From the human T2T-CHM13v2.0 reference genome, Homo sapiens: a stretch of DNA of 64,000 nucleotides. The position numbers and the translations under genes were made by a program. This document shows positions 42,625-56,878 of the stretch, in pieces. Every line of letters begins with the position of its first letter. Within the stretch, counting starts at the first letter, position 1. The notes beneath the pieces are model-generated. The model worked only from the letters and a program-made list of their open reading frames with translations, was not told where the DNA came from and did not search any database. The DNA is taken from assembly GCF_009914755.1 (NCBI RefSeq), contig NC_060948.1; one strand, 5' to 3'.

Positions 42625-45600
42625 GGAATGGATTCGAATGGAAGGCAAAGGAATGGAATCTATTGGAATGGACTGTAATGGAATGGAATGGAAGGGATTG
42701 GAATGGACTCGAATGGAATGGACTGCAATAGAAAGGATTCGAATGGAATGAAAAAGAATTGAATGGAATAGAACAGAATGGAATCAAATCGAATGAAATG
42801 GAATGGAATAGAAAGGAATGGAATGAAATGGAATGGAAAGGATTCGAATGGAATGCAATCGAATGGAATGGAATCGAACGTAATGGAATAAAATGGAAGA
42901 AAACTGGCAAGAAATGGAATCGAAATGAATGGAGTGTTATGGAACGGACTCAAAAGGAATTGAATGTAATAGAATGGAGTGGAGTGGACTCGAATATAAT
43001 GGACTGGAATGGAATGAAATCACATGGAATGGGAACGAATGGAATGGAATGGAAAGGAATGGAATCGAATGGAAAGGAATCGAACGGAAGGGAATGAAAT
43101 TGAATCAACAGGAATGGAAGGGAATAGAATAGACGGTAATGGAATGGACTCGAATAGAATGGACACGAATGCTGAAATCGAATGGACTCGAATCTAATGG
43201 AAACGAAAGGAATGTCATCGAATGGAATTGAATCGATTGGAATGAAATCGCATAGAATGGAGTGGAATCAAATGGAATTGAATCGAAAGGAAAGGAAGCG
43301 AATGGACTGAAATGAAATGGAATGGAATTGAATGGAAAGTAATGCAATGGAATAGAATGGAACGAAATTTCACGGAATGGAATCAAACTGAATGGAATCA
43401 AATCAATGGAATCAAATCAAATGGAATGGAAAGGAATTGAATGGAGTAGATTGGATTGGATGGGATTGGAATGAAATGTACTGGAAAGGACTCGAATTTC
43501 ATGAAACGGAATGGAATGAATTGGAACGGAATGGACTCGAATGGAATGGAATGTCATGGAATGGCATCAAATGGAATGGTATCAAATGGAATGGAATCGA
43601 ATGCAATGGAATGCTATGGAATGGAATGGAATGCATTGGAATGGAATGTCCTCTAATGGAATGGATTCGAGTGGAATGGAATCGAATATAATGGAGTCGA
43701 ATGAAATGGAATTGAAAGGAATGGGATCGAATACAATGGAATATACTGGAATGTAATGTAATGAACTCGAATGTAATTGACTGGAATGGAATGTACATGA
43801 ATGGAATGTAATCGAATGGAAAGTAATCCAATGGAATAGAATCTAATGCAATAAAATCGACTCAGATAGAGTAGAATGTAATGGAATGGAGTGTAGTGCA
43901 ATGGAATGGAATGGAATGGAATGCAATTGAATGGAATGGAATGGAATGGGATGGAATGGTATGGAATGGATAGTAATGGACTGGAGTGAAATGGACTGGA
44001 AAGGAATGGACTCAAATTGAAAGGGCTCGAAAGGAATGGAGTCAAATGGAATGGTCTGGAATGGAATGAACACGAATGTAATGCAATCCAATAGAATGGA
44101 ATCGAATGGCATGGAATATAAAGAAATGGAATCGAAGAGAATGGAAACAAATGGAATGGAATTGAATGGAATGGAATTGAATGGAATGCGAACGAATGGA
44201 GTGAAATTGTATGCAGTAGAAGGGAATAGAATGGAATGCAAGCGAAAGGAAAGGAATGGATTGGAATGGAATGGAATTCATTGGAATGGAAGGGAATGTA
44301 GTGTAATGGACAGGCCTGGAATAAAGTGGAATGCTACGGTCTCGAATGGAATAAAAATGTATGGAATGGAATGCAATGAAACGGAATCGAATGTCATAGA
44401 ATGTAATGGAATGCAAAAAAATGGAATCCAAAATCATTGACTGGAAAGGCTGGGTGTCGAAAGGAATTGACTCCAATGGAATGGAATCGAATGGAATGGA
44501 ATTGAATAGAATGGAACTAAATCGAATGGAATGGAATTGATAGGAACGGAATGGAAAGGAATGCAATGATTTGGCATGGAATGGAATCGAATGGCATCGA
44601 ATGGAATGGAATGGAATGCAATGGAATGGAATGTATTAGAATGTAATGAACTTTAATGGAATGTACTCGAATGGATTCGACTGGAATGGAATGTTCTGGA
44701 AGTGAATGGACTCCAATGGAATGGATTCAAAAGGAATGGAATCGTACGGAATGGAATCTAATGGAATGGAATTAAATGGAAATGAATCAAATTGAATAGC
44801 ACGGAATTGAATTGAATGGAATGGAATGCAATGGAATCTAATGAAACGGAAAGGAAAGGAATGGAATGGAATGGAATGGGCTTGAATGGAAAGGAATCGA
44901 AACGAATGGAATGGAATCGAACTGAAGAGACTGGAATGGAATGCACTGGAATGGAAGGGAGTGTAATGGAAGGTTCTCGAAAAAAATGGAATCGAATGGA
45001 ATGGAATTGAATGGAACGGAATAGAGTCGAATGGAATTGAATGGAATGGAATGGACTAGAGTGAAATGGAATCGAACCACAAGGAATGGACAGGAATAGA
45101 ATGGTCTCGAATTGAATGGAATCGTATGGAATGGCATCAAACGGAATGGAATGGACAGCCACGGAATGGAATGCACTCGAATGCAATGGAGTCGAAACTA
45201 ATGGACTGGAATAGAATGGACTCGACTGGTACGGACTCCAATGGAATGGAATCGAATGGAAGGGAATCGAACGGAATGGACTCGAAGGGAAAAGACTGCA
45301 ATGGAAAGGTCTCGAATGGAATGGAAATTAATGGAATGGAATGGAATCGAATGAAATGGAGTCAAAAGGAATGGAATCGAATGGCAAGAAATCGAATGTA
45401 ATGGAATCGCAAGGAATTGATGTGAACGGAACGGAATGGAATGGAATCCAAAGGAATGGAATAGAATGGAATGGAATCGAATGGAAAGGACTCGAATGGA
45501 AATCACTCGAATAGAATGCAATTTAATAAAATAGGATCAAATGTAATGGAATGGAATGGAAAGGAATCGAAACGAAAGGAATGGAGACAGATGGAATGGA

Positions 45601-46168
45601 ATGGAACAGAGAGCAATGGTATAGAATGGAATGGAATCATCTGGAATGGAATTGAATGGAATGGAATAATATGAAATGGAATGGAATGGAATGGAATGGA
45701 ATGTCCTTGAATTAAATGGACTGGAATGGAATGGACTCGAACAGAGTGGAATGGAAAGTGTTGAGATAGAATGCAATGGACTCCTTTGGAATGGTGTAGT
45801 ATGCAATGCAATCGACTGGCAGGGAATCAAAAGGAATGTAATCGAATGGATTGGACTGGAATGCAATGGACTCGAATAGATTGGAAACGGAATGCAAAGG
45901 AATGGAATGGAATAGTATGGAATGGAATGGAAAGGAATGGAGTGGAATAGACTAGAGTGGAATGGAATGGACTGGAAAGCAATGGACTGGAATGGAACTT
46001 TCTTGAATGGACTGGAATCAAACGGAATGGAATGCAATGCAATCAAATGGCATGGAATAAAATAGAATGAAAGAGAATCAAATGGAATTGAATCGAATGG
46101 AATCGAATGGATTGGAAAGGAATAGAATGGAATGGAATGGAATTGACTCAAATGGAATGGACTAGAAT
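42625..46168. repeat. DYZ1 unit 13 (3544 bp)
   Basis: Anchor at 42625; GGCC at 44313. Confidence 0.92.
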
Positions 46169-49100
46169 GGAATGGATTCGAATGGAAGGCAAAGGAATGG
46201 AATCTATTGGAATGGACTGTAATGGAATGGAATGGAAGGGATTGGAATGGACTCGAATGGAATGGACTGCAATAGATAGGATTCGAATGGAATGAAAAAG
46301 AATTGAATGGAATAGAACAGAATGGAATCAAATCGAATGAAATGGAATGGAATAGAAAGGAATGGAATGAAATGGAATGGAAAGGATTCGAATGGAATGC
46401 AATCGAATGGAATGGAATCGAACGGAATGGAATAAAATGGAAGAAAACTGGCAAGAAATGGAATCGAAATGAATGGAGTGTTATGGAACGGACTCAAAAG
46501 GAATTGAATGTAATAGAATGGAGTGGAGTGGACTCGAATATAATGGACTGGAATGGAATGAAATCACAAGGAATGGGAACGAATGGAATGGAATGGAAAG
46601 GAATGGAATCGAATGGAAAGGAATCGAATGGAAGGGAATGAAATTGAATCAACAGGAATGGAAGGGAATAGAATAGACGGTAATGGAATGGACTCGAATA
46701 GAATGGACACGAATGCTCAAATTGAATGGACTCGAATGGAATGGAAACGAAAGAAATGTCATCGAATGGAATTGAATGGATTGGAATGAAATCGCATAGA
46801 ATGGAGTGGAATCAAATGGAATTGAATCGAAAGGAAAGGAAGCGAATGGTCTGAAATGAAATGGAATGGAATTGAATGGAAAGTAATGCAATGGAATAGA
46901 ATGGAACGAAATTTCACGGAATGGAATCAAACTGAATGGAATCAAATCAATGGAATCAAATCAAATGGAATGGAAAGGAATTGAATGGAGTAGATTGGAT
47001 TGGATGGGATTGGAATGAAATGTACTGGAAAGGACTCGAATTTCATGAAACGGAATGGAATGAATTGGAACGGAATGGACTCGAATGGAATGGAATGTCA
47101 TGGAATGGCATCAAATGGAATGGCATCAAATGGAATGGAATCGAATGCAATGGAATGCTATGGAATGGAATGGAATGCATTGGAATGGAATGTCCTGTAA
47201 TGGAATGGATTCGAGTGGAATGGAGTCGAATATAATGGAGTCGAATGAAATGGAATTGAAAGGAATGGGATCGAATACAATGGAATATACTGGAATGTAA
47301 TGTAATGAACTCGAATGTAATTGACTGGAATGGAATGTACATGAATGGAATGTAATCGAATGGAAAGTAATCCAATGGAATAGAATCTAATGCAATAAAA
47401 TCGACTCAGATAGAGTAGAATGTAATGGAATGGAGTGCAGTGCAATGGAATGGAATGGAATGGAATGCAATGGAATGGAATGGAATGGAATGGAATGGAA
47501 TGGAATGGGATGGAATGGGATGGAATGGTATGGAATGGATAGTAATGGACTGGAGTGAAATGGACTGGAAAGGAATGGACTCAAATTGAAAGGGCTCGAA
47601 AGGAATGGAGTCAAATGGAATGGTCTGGAATGGAATGAACACGAATGTAATGCAATCCAATAGAATGGAATCGAATGGCATGGAATATAAAGAAATGGAA
47701 TCGAAGAGAATGGAAACAAATGGAATGGAATTGAATGGAATGGAATTGAATGGAATGGGAACGAATGGAGTGAAATTGTATGCAGTAGAAGGGAATAGAA
47801 TGGAATGCAAGCGAAAGGAAAGGAATGGATTGGAATGGAATGGAATTCATTGGAATGGAAGGGAATGTAGTGTAATGGACAGGCCTGGAATAAAGTGGAA
47901 TGCTACGGTCTCGAATGGAATAAAAATGTATGGAATGGAATGCAATGAAACGGAATCGAATGTCATAGAATGTAATGGAATGCAAAAAAATGGAATCCAA
48001 AATCATTGACTGGAAAGGCTGGGTGTCGAAAGGAATTGACTCCAATGGAATGGAATCGAATGGAATGGAAGTGAATAGAATCGAACTAAATCGAATGGAA
48101 TGGAATTGATAGGAACGGAATGGAAAGGAATGCAATGATTTGGCATGGAATGGAATCGAATGGCATCGAATGGAATGGAATGGAATGCAATGGAATGGAA
48201 TGTATTAGAATGGAATGAACTTTAATGGAATGTACTCGAATGGATTCGACTGGAATGGAATGTTCTGGAAGTGAATGGACTCCAATGGAATGGATTCAAA
48301 AGGAATGGAATCGTACGGAATGGAATCTAATGGAATGGAATTAAATGGAAATGAATCAAATTGAATAGCACGGAATTGAATTGAATGGAATGGAATGCAA
48401 TGGAATCTAATGAAACGGAAAGGAAAGGAATGGAATGGAATGGAATGGGCTGGAATGGAAAGGAATCGAAACGAATGGAATGGAATCGAACTGAAGAGAC
48501 TGGAATGGAATGCACTGGAATGGAAGGGAGTGTAATGGAAGGTTCTCGAAAATAATGGAATGGAATGGAATGGAATTGAATGGAACGGAATAGAGTCGAA
48601 TGGAATTGAATGGAATGGAATGGACTAGAGTGAAATGGAATCGAACCACAAGGAATGGACAGGAATAGAATGGTCTCGAATTGAATGGAATCGTATGGAA
48701 TGGCATCAAACGGAATGGAATGGACAGCCACGGAATGGAATGCACTGGAATGCAATGGAGTCGAAACGTCGAAACTAATGGACTGGAATAGAATGGACTC
48801 GACTGGTACGGACTCCAATGGAATGGAATCGAATGGAAGGGAATCGAACGGAATGGACTCGAAGGGAAAAGACTGCAATGGAAAGGTCTCGAATGGAATG
48901 GAAATTAATGGAATGGAATGGAATCGAATGAAATGGAGTCAAAAGGAATGGAATCGAATGGCAAGAAATCGAATGTAATGGAATCGCAAGGAATTGATGT
49001 GAACGGAACGGAATGGAATGGAATCCAAAGGAATGGAATAGAATGGAATGGAATCGAATGGAAAGGACTCGAATGGAAATCACTCGAATAGAATGCAATT

Positions 49101-49745
49101 TAATAAAATAGGATCAAATGTAATGGAATGGAATGGAAAGGAATCGAAACGAAAGGAATGGAGACAGATGGAATGGAATGGAACAGAGAGCAATGGTATA
49201 GAATGGAATGGAATCATCTGGAATGGAATTGAATGGAATGGAATAATATGAAATGGAATGGAATGGAATGGAATGGAATGTCCTTGAATTAAATGGACTG
49301 GAATGGAATGGACTCGAACAGAGTGGAATGGAAAGTGTTGAGATAGAATGCAATGGACTCCTTTGGAATGGTGTAGTATGCAATGCAATCGACTGGCAGG
49401 GAATCAAAAGGAATGTAATGGAATGGATTGGAATGGAATGCAATGGACTCGAATAGATTGGAAACGGAATGCAAAGGAATGGAATGGAATAGTATGGAAT
49501 GGAATGGAAAGGAATGGAGTGGAATAGACTAGAGTGGAATGGAATGGACTGGAAAGCAATGGACTGGAATGGAACTTTCTTGAATGGACTGGAATCAAAA
49601 GGAATGGAATGCAATGCAATCAAATGGCATGGAATAAAATAGAATGAAAGAGAATCAAATGGAATTGAATCGAATGGAATCGAATGGATTGGAAAGGAAT
49701 AGAATGGAATGGAATGGAATTGACTCAAATGGAATGGACTAGAAT
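46169..49745. repeat. DYZ1 unit 14 (3577 bp)
   Basis: Anchor at 46169; GGCC at 47882; 8-bp duplication at 48760-48775. Confidence 0.92.
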
Positions 49746-52700
49746 GGAATGGATTCGAATGGAAGGCAAAGGAATGGAATCTATTGGAATGGACTGTAAT
49801 GGAATGGAATGGAAGGGATTGGAATGGACTCGAATGGAATGGACTGCAATAGAAAGGATTCGAATGGAATGAAAAAGAATTGAATGGAATAGAACAGAAT
49901 GGAATCAAATCGAATGAAATGGAATGGAATAGAAAGGAATGGAATGAAATGGAATGGAAAGGATTCGAATGGAATGCAATCGAATGGAATGGAATCGAAC
50001 GGAATGGAATAAAATGGAAGAAAACTGGCAAGAAATGGAATCGAAATGAATGGAGTGTTATGGAACGGACTCAAAAGGAATTGAATGTAATAGAATGGAG
50101 TGGAGTGGACTCGAATATAATGGACTGGAATGGAATGAAATCACAAGGAATGGGAACGAATGGAATGGAATGGAAAGGAATGGAATCGAATGGAAAGGAA
50201 TCGAATGGAAGGGAATGAAATTGAATCAACAGGAATGGAAGGGAATAGAATAGACGGTAATGGAATGGACTCGAATAGAATGGACACGAATGCTGAAATT
50301 GAATGGACTCGAATGGAATGGAAACGAAAGGAATGTCATCGAATGGAATTGAATGGATTGGAATGAAATCGCATAGAATGGAGTGGAATCAAATGGAATT
50401 GAATCGAAAGGAAAGGAAGCGAATGGACTGAAATGAAATGGAATGGAATTGAATGGAAAGTAATGCAATGGAATAGAATGGAACGAAATTTCACGGAATG
50501 GAATCAAACTGAATGGAATCAAATCAATGGAATCAAATCAAATGGAATGGAAAGGAATTGAATGGAGTAGATTGGATTGGATGGGATTGGAATGAAATGT
50601 ACTGGAAAGGACTCGAATTTCATGAAACGGAATGGAATGAATTGGAACGGAATGGACTCGAATGGAATGGAATGTCATGGAATGGCATCAAATGGAATGG
50701 CATCAAATGGAATGGAATCGAATGCAATGGAATGCTATGGAATGGAATGGAATGCATTGGAATGGAATGTCCTGTAATGGAATGGATTCGAGTGGAATGG
50801 AATCGAATATAATGGAGTCGAATGAAATGGAATTGAAAGGAATGGGATCGAATACAATGGAATATACTGGAATGTAATGTAATGAACTCGAATGTAATTG
50901 ACTGGAATGGAATGTACATGAATGGAATGTAATCGAATGGAAAGTAATCCAATGGAATAGAATCTAATGCAATAAAATCGACTCAGATAGAGTAGAATGT
51001 AATGGAATGGAGTGCAGTGCAATGGAATGGAATGGAATGGAATGCAATGGAATGGAATGGAATGGAATGGAATGGAATGGAATGGGATGGAATGGGATGG
51101 AATGGATAGTAATGGACTGGAGTGAAATGGACTGGAAAGGAATGGACTCAAATTGATAGGGCTCGAAAGGAATGGAGTCAAATGGAATGGTCTGGAATGG
51201 AATGAACACGAATGTAATGCAATCCAATAGAATGGAATCGAATGGCATGGAATATAAAGAAATGGAATCGAAGAGAATGGAAACAAATGGAATGGAATTG
51301 AATGGAATGGAATTGAATGGAATGGGAACGAATGGAGTGAAATTGTATGCAGTAGAAGGGAATAGAATGGAATGCAAGCGAAAGGAAAGGAATGGATTGG
51401 AATGGAATGGAATTCATTGGAATGGAAGGGAATGTAGTGTAATGGACAGGCCTGGAATAAAGTGGAATGCTACGGTCTCGAATGGAATAAAAATGTATGG
51501 AATGGAATGCAATGAAACGGAATCGAATGTCATAGAATGTAATGGAATGCAAAAAAATGGAATCCAAAATCATTGACTGGAAAGGCTGGGTGTCGAAAGG
51601 AATTGACTCCAATGGAATGGAATCGAATGGAATGGAAGTGAATAGAATCGAACTAAATCGAATGGAATGGAATTGATAGGAACGGAATGGAAAGGAATGC
51701 AATGATTTGGCATGGAATGGAATCGAATGGCATCGAATGGAATGGAATGGAATGCAATGGAATGGAATGTATTAGAATGTAATGAACTTTAATGGAACGT
51801 ACTCGAATGGATTCGACTGGAATGGAATGTTCTGGAAGTGAATGGACTCCAATGGAATGGATTCAAAAGGAATGGAATCGTACGGAATGGAATCTAATGG
51901 AATGGAATTAAATGGAAATGAATCAAATTGAATAGCACGGAATTGAATTGAATGGAATGGAATGCAATGGAATCTAATGAAACGGAAAGGAAAGGAATGG
52001 AATGGAATGGAATGGGCTGGAATGGAAAGGAATCGAAACGAATGGAATGGAATCGAACTGAAGAGACTGGAATGGAATGCACTGGAATGGAAGGGAGTGT
52101 AATGGAAGGTTCTCGAAAAAAATGGAATCGAATGGAATGGAATTGAATGGAACGGAATAGAGTCGAATGGAATTGAATGGAATGGAATGGACTAGAGTGA
52201 AATGGAATCGAACCACAAGGAATGGACAGGAATAGAATGGTCTCGAATTGAATGGAATCGTATGGAATGGCATCAAACGGAATGGAATGGACAGCCACGG
52301 AATGGAATGCACTCGAATGCAATGGAGTCGAAACTAATGGACTGGAATAGAATGGACTCGACTGGTACGGACTCCAATGGAATGGAATCGAATGGAAGGG
52401 AATCGAACGGAATGGACTCGAAGGGAAAAGACTGCAATGGAAAGGTCTCGAATGGAATGGAAATTAATGGAATGGAATGGAATCGAATGAAATGGAGTCA
52501 AAAGGAATGGAATCGAATGGCAAGAAATCGAATGTAATGGAATCGCAAGGAATTGATGTGAACGGAACGGAATGGAATGGAATCCAAAGGAATGGAATAG
52601 AATGGAATGGAATCGAATGGAAAGGACTCGAATGGAAATCACTCGAATAGAATGCAATTTAATAAAATAGGATCAAATGTAATGGAATGGAATGGAAAGG

Positions 52701-53304
52701 AATCGAAACGAAAGGAATGGAGACAGATGGAATGGAATGGAACAGAGTGCAATGGTATAGAATGGAATGGAATCATCTGGAATGGAATTGAATGGAATGG
52801 AATAATATGAAATGGAATGGAATGGAATGGAATGGAATGCCCTTGAATTAAATGGACTGGAATGGAATGGACTCGAACAGAGTGGAATGGAAAGTGTTGA
52901 GATAGAATGGAATGGACTCCTTTGGAATGGTGTAGTATGCAATGCAATCGACTGGCAGGGAATCAAAAGGAATGTAATGGAATGGATTGGACTGGAATGC
53001 AATGGACTCGAATAGATTGGAAACGGAATGCAAAGGAATGGAATGGAATAGTATGGAATGGAATGGAAAGGAATGGAGTGGAATAGACTAGAGTGGAATG
53101 GAATGGACTGGAAAGCAATGGACTGGAATGGAACTTTCTTGAATGGACTGGAATCAAACGGAATGGAATGCAATGCAATCAAATGGCATGGAATAAAATA
53201 GAATGAAAGAGAATCAAATGGAATTGAATCGAATGGAATCGAATGGATTGGAAAGGAATAGAACGGAATGGAATGGAATTGACTCAAATGGAATGGACTA
53301 GAAT
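49746..53304. repeat. DYZ1 unit 15 (3559 bp)
   Basis: Anchor at 49746; GGCC at 51449. Confidence 0.92.
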
Positions 53305-56300
53305 GGAATGGATTCGAATGGAAGGCAAAGGAATGGAATCTATTGGAATGGACTGTAATGGAATGGAATGGAAAGGATTGGAATGGACTCGAATGGAATG
53401 GACTGCAATAGAAAGGATTCGAATGGAATGAAAAAGAATTGAATGGAATAGAACAGAATGGAATCAAATCGAATGAAATGGAATGGAATAGAAAGGAATG
53501 GAATGAAATGGAATGGAAAGGATTCGAATGGAATGCAATCGAATGGAATGGAATCGAACGGAATGGAATAAAATGGAAGAAAACTGGCAAGAAATGGAAT
53601 CGAAATGAATGGAGTGTTATGGAACGGACTCAAAAGGAATTGAATGTAATAGAATGGAGTGGAGTGGACTCGAATATAATGGACTGGAATGGAATGAAAT
53701 CACATGGAATGGGAACGAATGGAATGGAATGGAAAGGAATGGAATCGAATGGAAAGGAATCGAATGGAAGGGAATGAAATTGAATCAACAGGAATGGAAG
53801 GGTATAGAATAGACGGTAATGGAATGGACTCGAATAGAATGGACACGAATGCTCAAATTGAATGGACTCGAATGGAATGGAAACGAAAGGAATGTCATCG
53901 AATGGAATTGAATGGATTGGAATGAAATCGCATAGAATGGAGTGGAATCAAATGGAATTGAATCGAAAGGAAAGGAAGCGAATGGACTGAAATGAAATGG
54001 AATGGAATTGAATGGAAAGTAATGCAATGGAATAGAATGGAACGAAATTTCACGGAATGGAATCAAACTGAATGGAATCAAATCAATGGAATCAAATCAA
54101 ATGGAATGGAAAGGAATTGAATGGAGTAGATTGGATTGGATGGGATTGGAATGAAATGTACTGGAAAGGACTCGAATTTCATGAAACGGAATGGAATGAA
54201 TTGGAACGGAATGGACTCGAATGGAATGGAATGTCATGGAATGGCATCAAATGGAATGGCATCAAATGGAATGGAATCGAATGCAATGGAATGCTATGGA
54301 ATGGAATGGAATGCATTGGAATGGAATGTCCTCTAATGGAATGGATTCGAGTGGAATGGAATCGAATATAATGGAGTCGAATGAAATGGAATTGAAAGGA
54401 GTGGGATCGAATACAATGGAATATACTGGAATGTAATGTAATGAACTCGAATGTAATTGACTGGAATGGAATGTACATGAATGGAATGTAATCGAATGGA
54501 AAGTAATCCAATGGAATAGAATCTAATGCAATAAAACCGACTCAGATAGAGTAGAATGTAATGGAATGGAGTGCAGTGCAATGGAATGGAATGGAATGGA
54601 ATGCAATGGAATGGAATGGAATGGAATGGAATGGAATGGAATGGAATGGGATGGAATGGTATGGAATGGATAGTAATGGACTGGAGTGAAATGGACTGGA
54701 AAGGAATGGACTCAAATTGAAAGGGCTCGAAAGGAATGGAGTCAAATGGAATGGTCTGGAATGGAATGAACACGAATGTAATGCAATCCAATAGAATGGA
54801 ATCGAATGGCATGGAATATAAAGAAATGGAATCGAAGAGAATGGAAACAAATGGAATGGAATTGAATGGAATGGAATTGAATGGAATGGGAACGAATGGA
54901 GTGAAATTGTATGCAGTAGAAGGGAATAGAATGGAATGCAAGCGAAAGGAAAGGAATGGATTGGAATGGAATGGAATTCATTGGAATGGAAGGGAATGTA
55001 GTGTAATGGACAGGCCTGGAATAAAGTGGAATGCTACGGTCTCGAATGGAATAAAAATGTATGGAATGGAATGCAATGAAACGGAATCGAATGTCATAGA
55101 ATGTAATGGAATGCAAAAAAATGGAATCCAAAATCATTGACTGGAAAGGCTGGGTGTCGAAAGGAATTGACTCCAATGGAATGGAATCGAATGGAATGGA
55201 AGTGAATAGAATCGAACTAAATCGAATGGAATGGAATTGATAGGAACGGAATGGAAAGGAATGCAATGATTTGGCATGGAATGGAATCGAATGGCATCGA
55301 ATGGAATGGAATGGAATGCAATGGAATGGAATGTATTAGAATGTAATGAACTTTAATGGAATGTACTCGAATGGATTCGACTGGAATGGAATGTTCTGGA
55401 AGTGAATGGACTCCAATGGAATGGATTCAAAAGGAATGGAATCGTACGGAATGGAATCTAATGGAATGGAATTAAATGGAAATGAATCAAATTGAATAGC
55501 ACGGAATTGAATTGAATGGAATGGAATGCAATGGAATCTAATGAAACGGAAAGGAAAGGAATGGAATGGAATGGAATGGGCTGGAATGGAAAGGAATCGA
55601 AACGAATGGAATGGAATCGAACTGAAGAGACTGGAATGGAATGCACTGGAATGGAAGGGAGTGTAATGGAAGGTTCTCGAAAAAAATGGAATCGAATGGA
55701 ATGGAATTGAATGGAACGGAATAGAGTCGAATGGAATTGAATGGAATGGAATGGACTAGAGTGAAATGGAATCGAACCACAAGGAATGGACAGGAATAGA
55801 ATGGTCTCGAATTGAATGGAATCGTATGGAATGGCATCAAACGGAATGGAATGGACAGCCACGGAATGGAATGCACTCGAATGCAATGGAGTCGAAACTA
55901 ATGGACTGGAATAGAATGGACTCGACTGGTACGGACTCCAATGGAATGGAATCGAATGGAAGGGAATCGAACGGAATGGACTCGAAGGGAAAAGACTGCA
56001 ATGGAAAGGTCTCGAATGGAATGGAAATTAATGGAATGGAATGGAATCGAATGAAATGGAGTCAAAAGGAATGGAATCGAATGGCAAGAAATCGAATGTA
56101 ATGGAATCGCAAGGAATTGATGTGAACGGAACGGAATGGAATGGAATCCAAAGGAATGGAATAGAATGGAATGGAATCGAATGGAAAGGACTCGAATGGA
56201 AATCACTCGAATAGAATGCAATTTAATAAAATAGGATCAAATGTAATGGAATGGAATGGAAAGGAATCGAAACGAAAGGAATGGAGACAGATGGAATGGA

Positions 56301-56878
56301 ATGGAACAGAGAGCAATGGTATAGAATGGAATGGAATCATCTGGAATGGAATTGAATGGAATGGAATAATATGAAATGGAATGGAATGGAATGGAATGGA
56401 ATGGAATGGAATGCCCTTGAATTAAATGGACTGGAATGGAATGGACTCGAACAGAGTGGAATGGAAAGTGTTGAGATAGAATGGAATGGACTCCTTCGGA
56501 ATGGTCTAGTATGCAATGCAATCGACTGGCAGGGAATCAAAAGGAATGTAATGGAATGGATTGGACTGGAATGCAATGGACTCGAATAGATTGGAAACGG
56601 AATGCAAAGGAATGGAATGGAATAGTATGGAATGGAATGGAAAGGAATGGAGTGGAATAGACTAGAGTGGAATGGAATGGACTGGAAAGCAATGGACTGG
56701 AATGGAACTTTCTTGAATGGACTGGAATCAAACGGAATGGAATGCAATGCAATCAAATGGCATGGAATAAAATAGAATGAAAGAGAATCAAATGGAATTG
56801 AATCGAATGGAATCGAATGGATTGGAAAGGAATAGAATGGAATGGAATGGAATTGACTCAAATGGAATGGACTAGAAT
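53305..56878. repeat. DYZ1 unit 16 (3574 bp)
   Basis: Anchor at 53305; GGCC at 55013. Confidence 0.92.
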
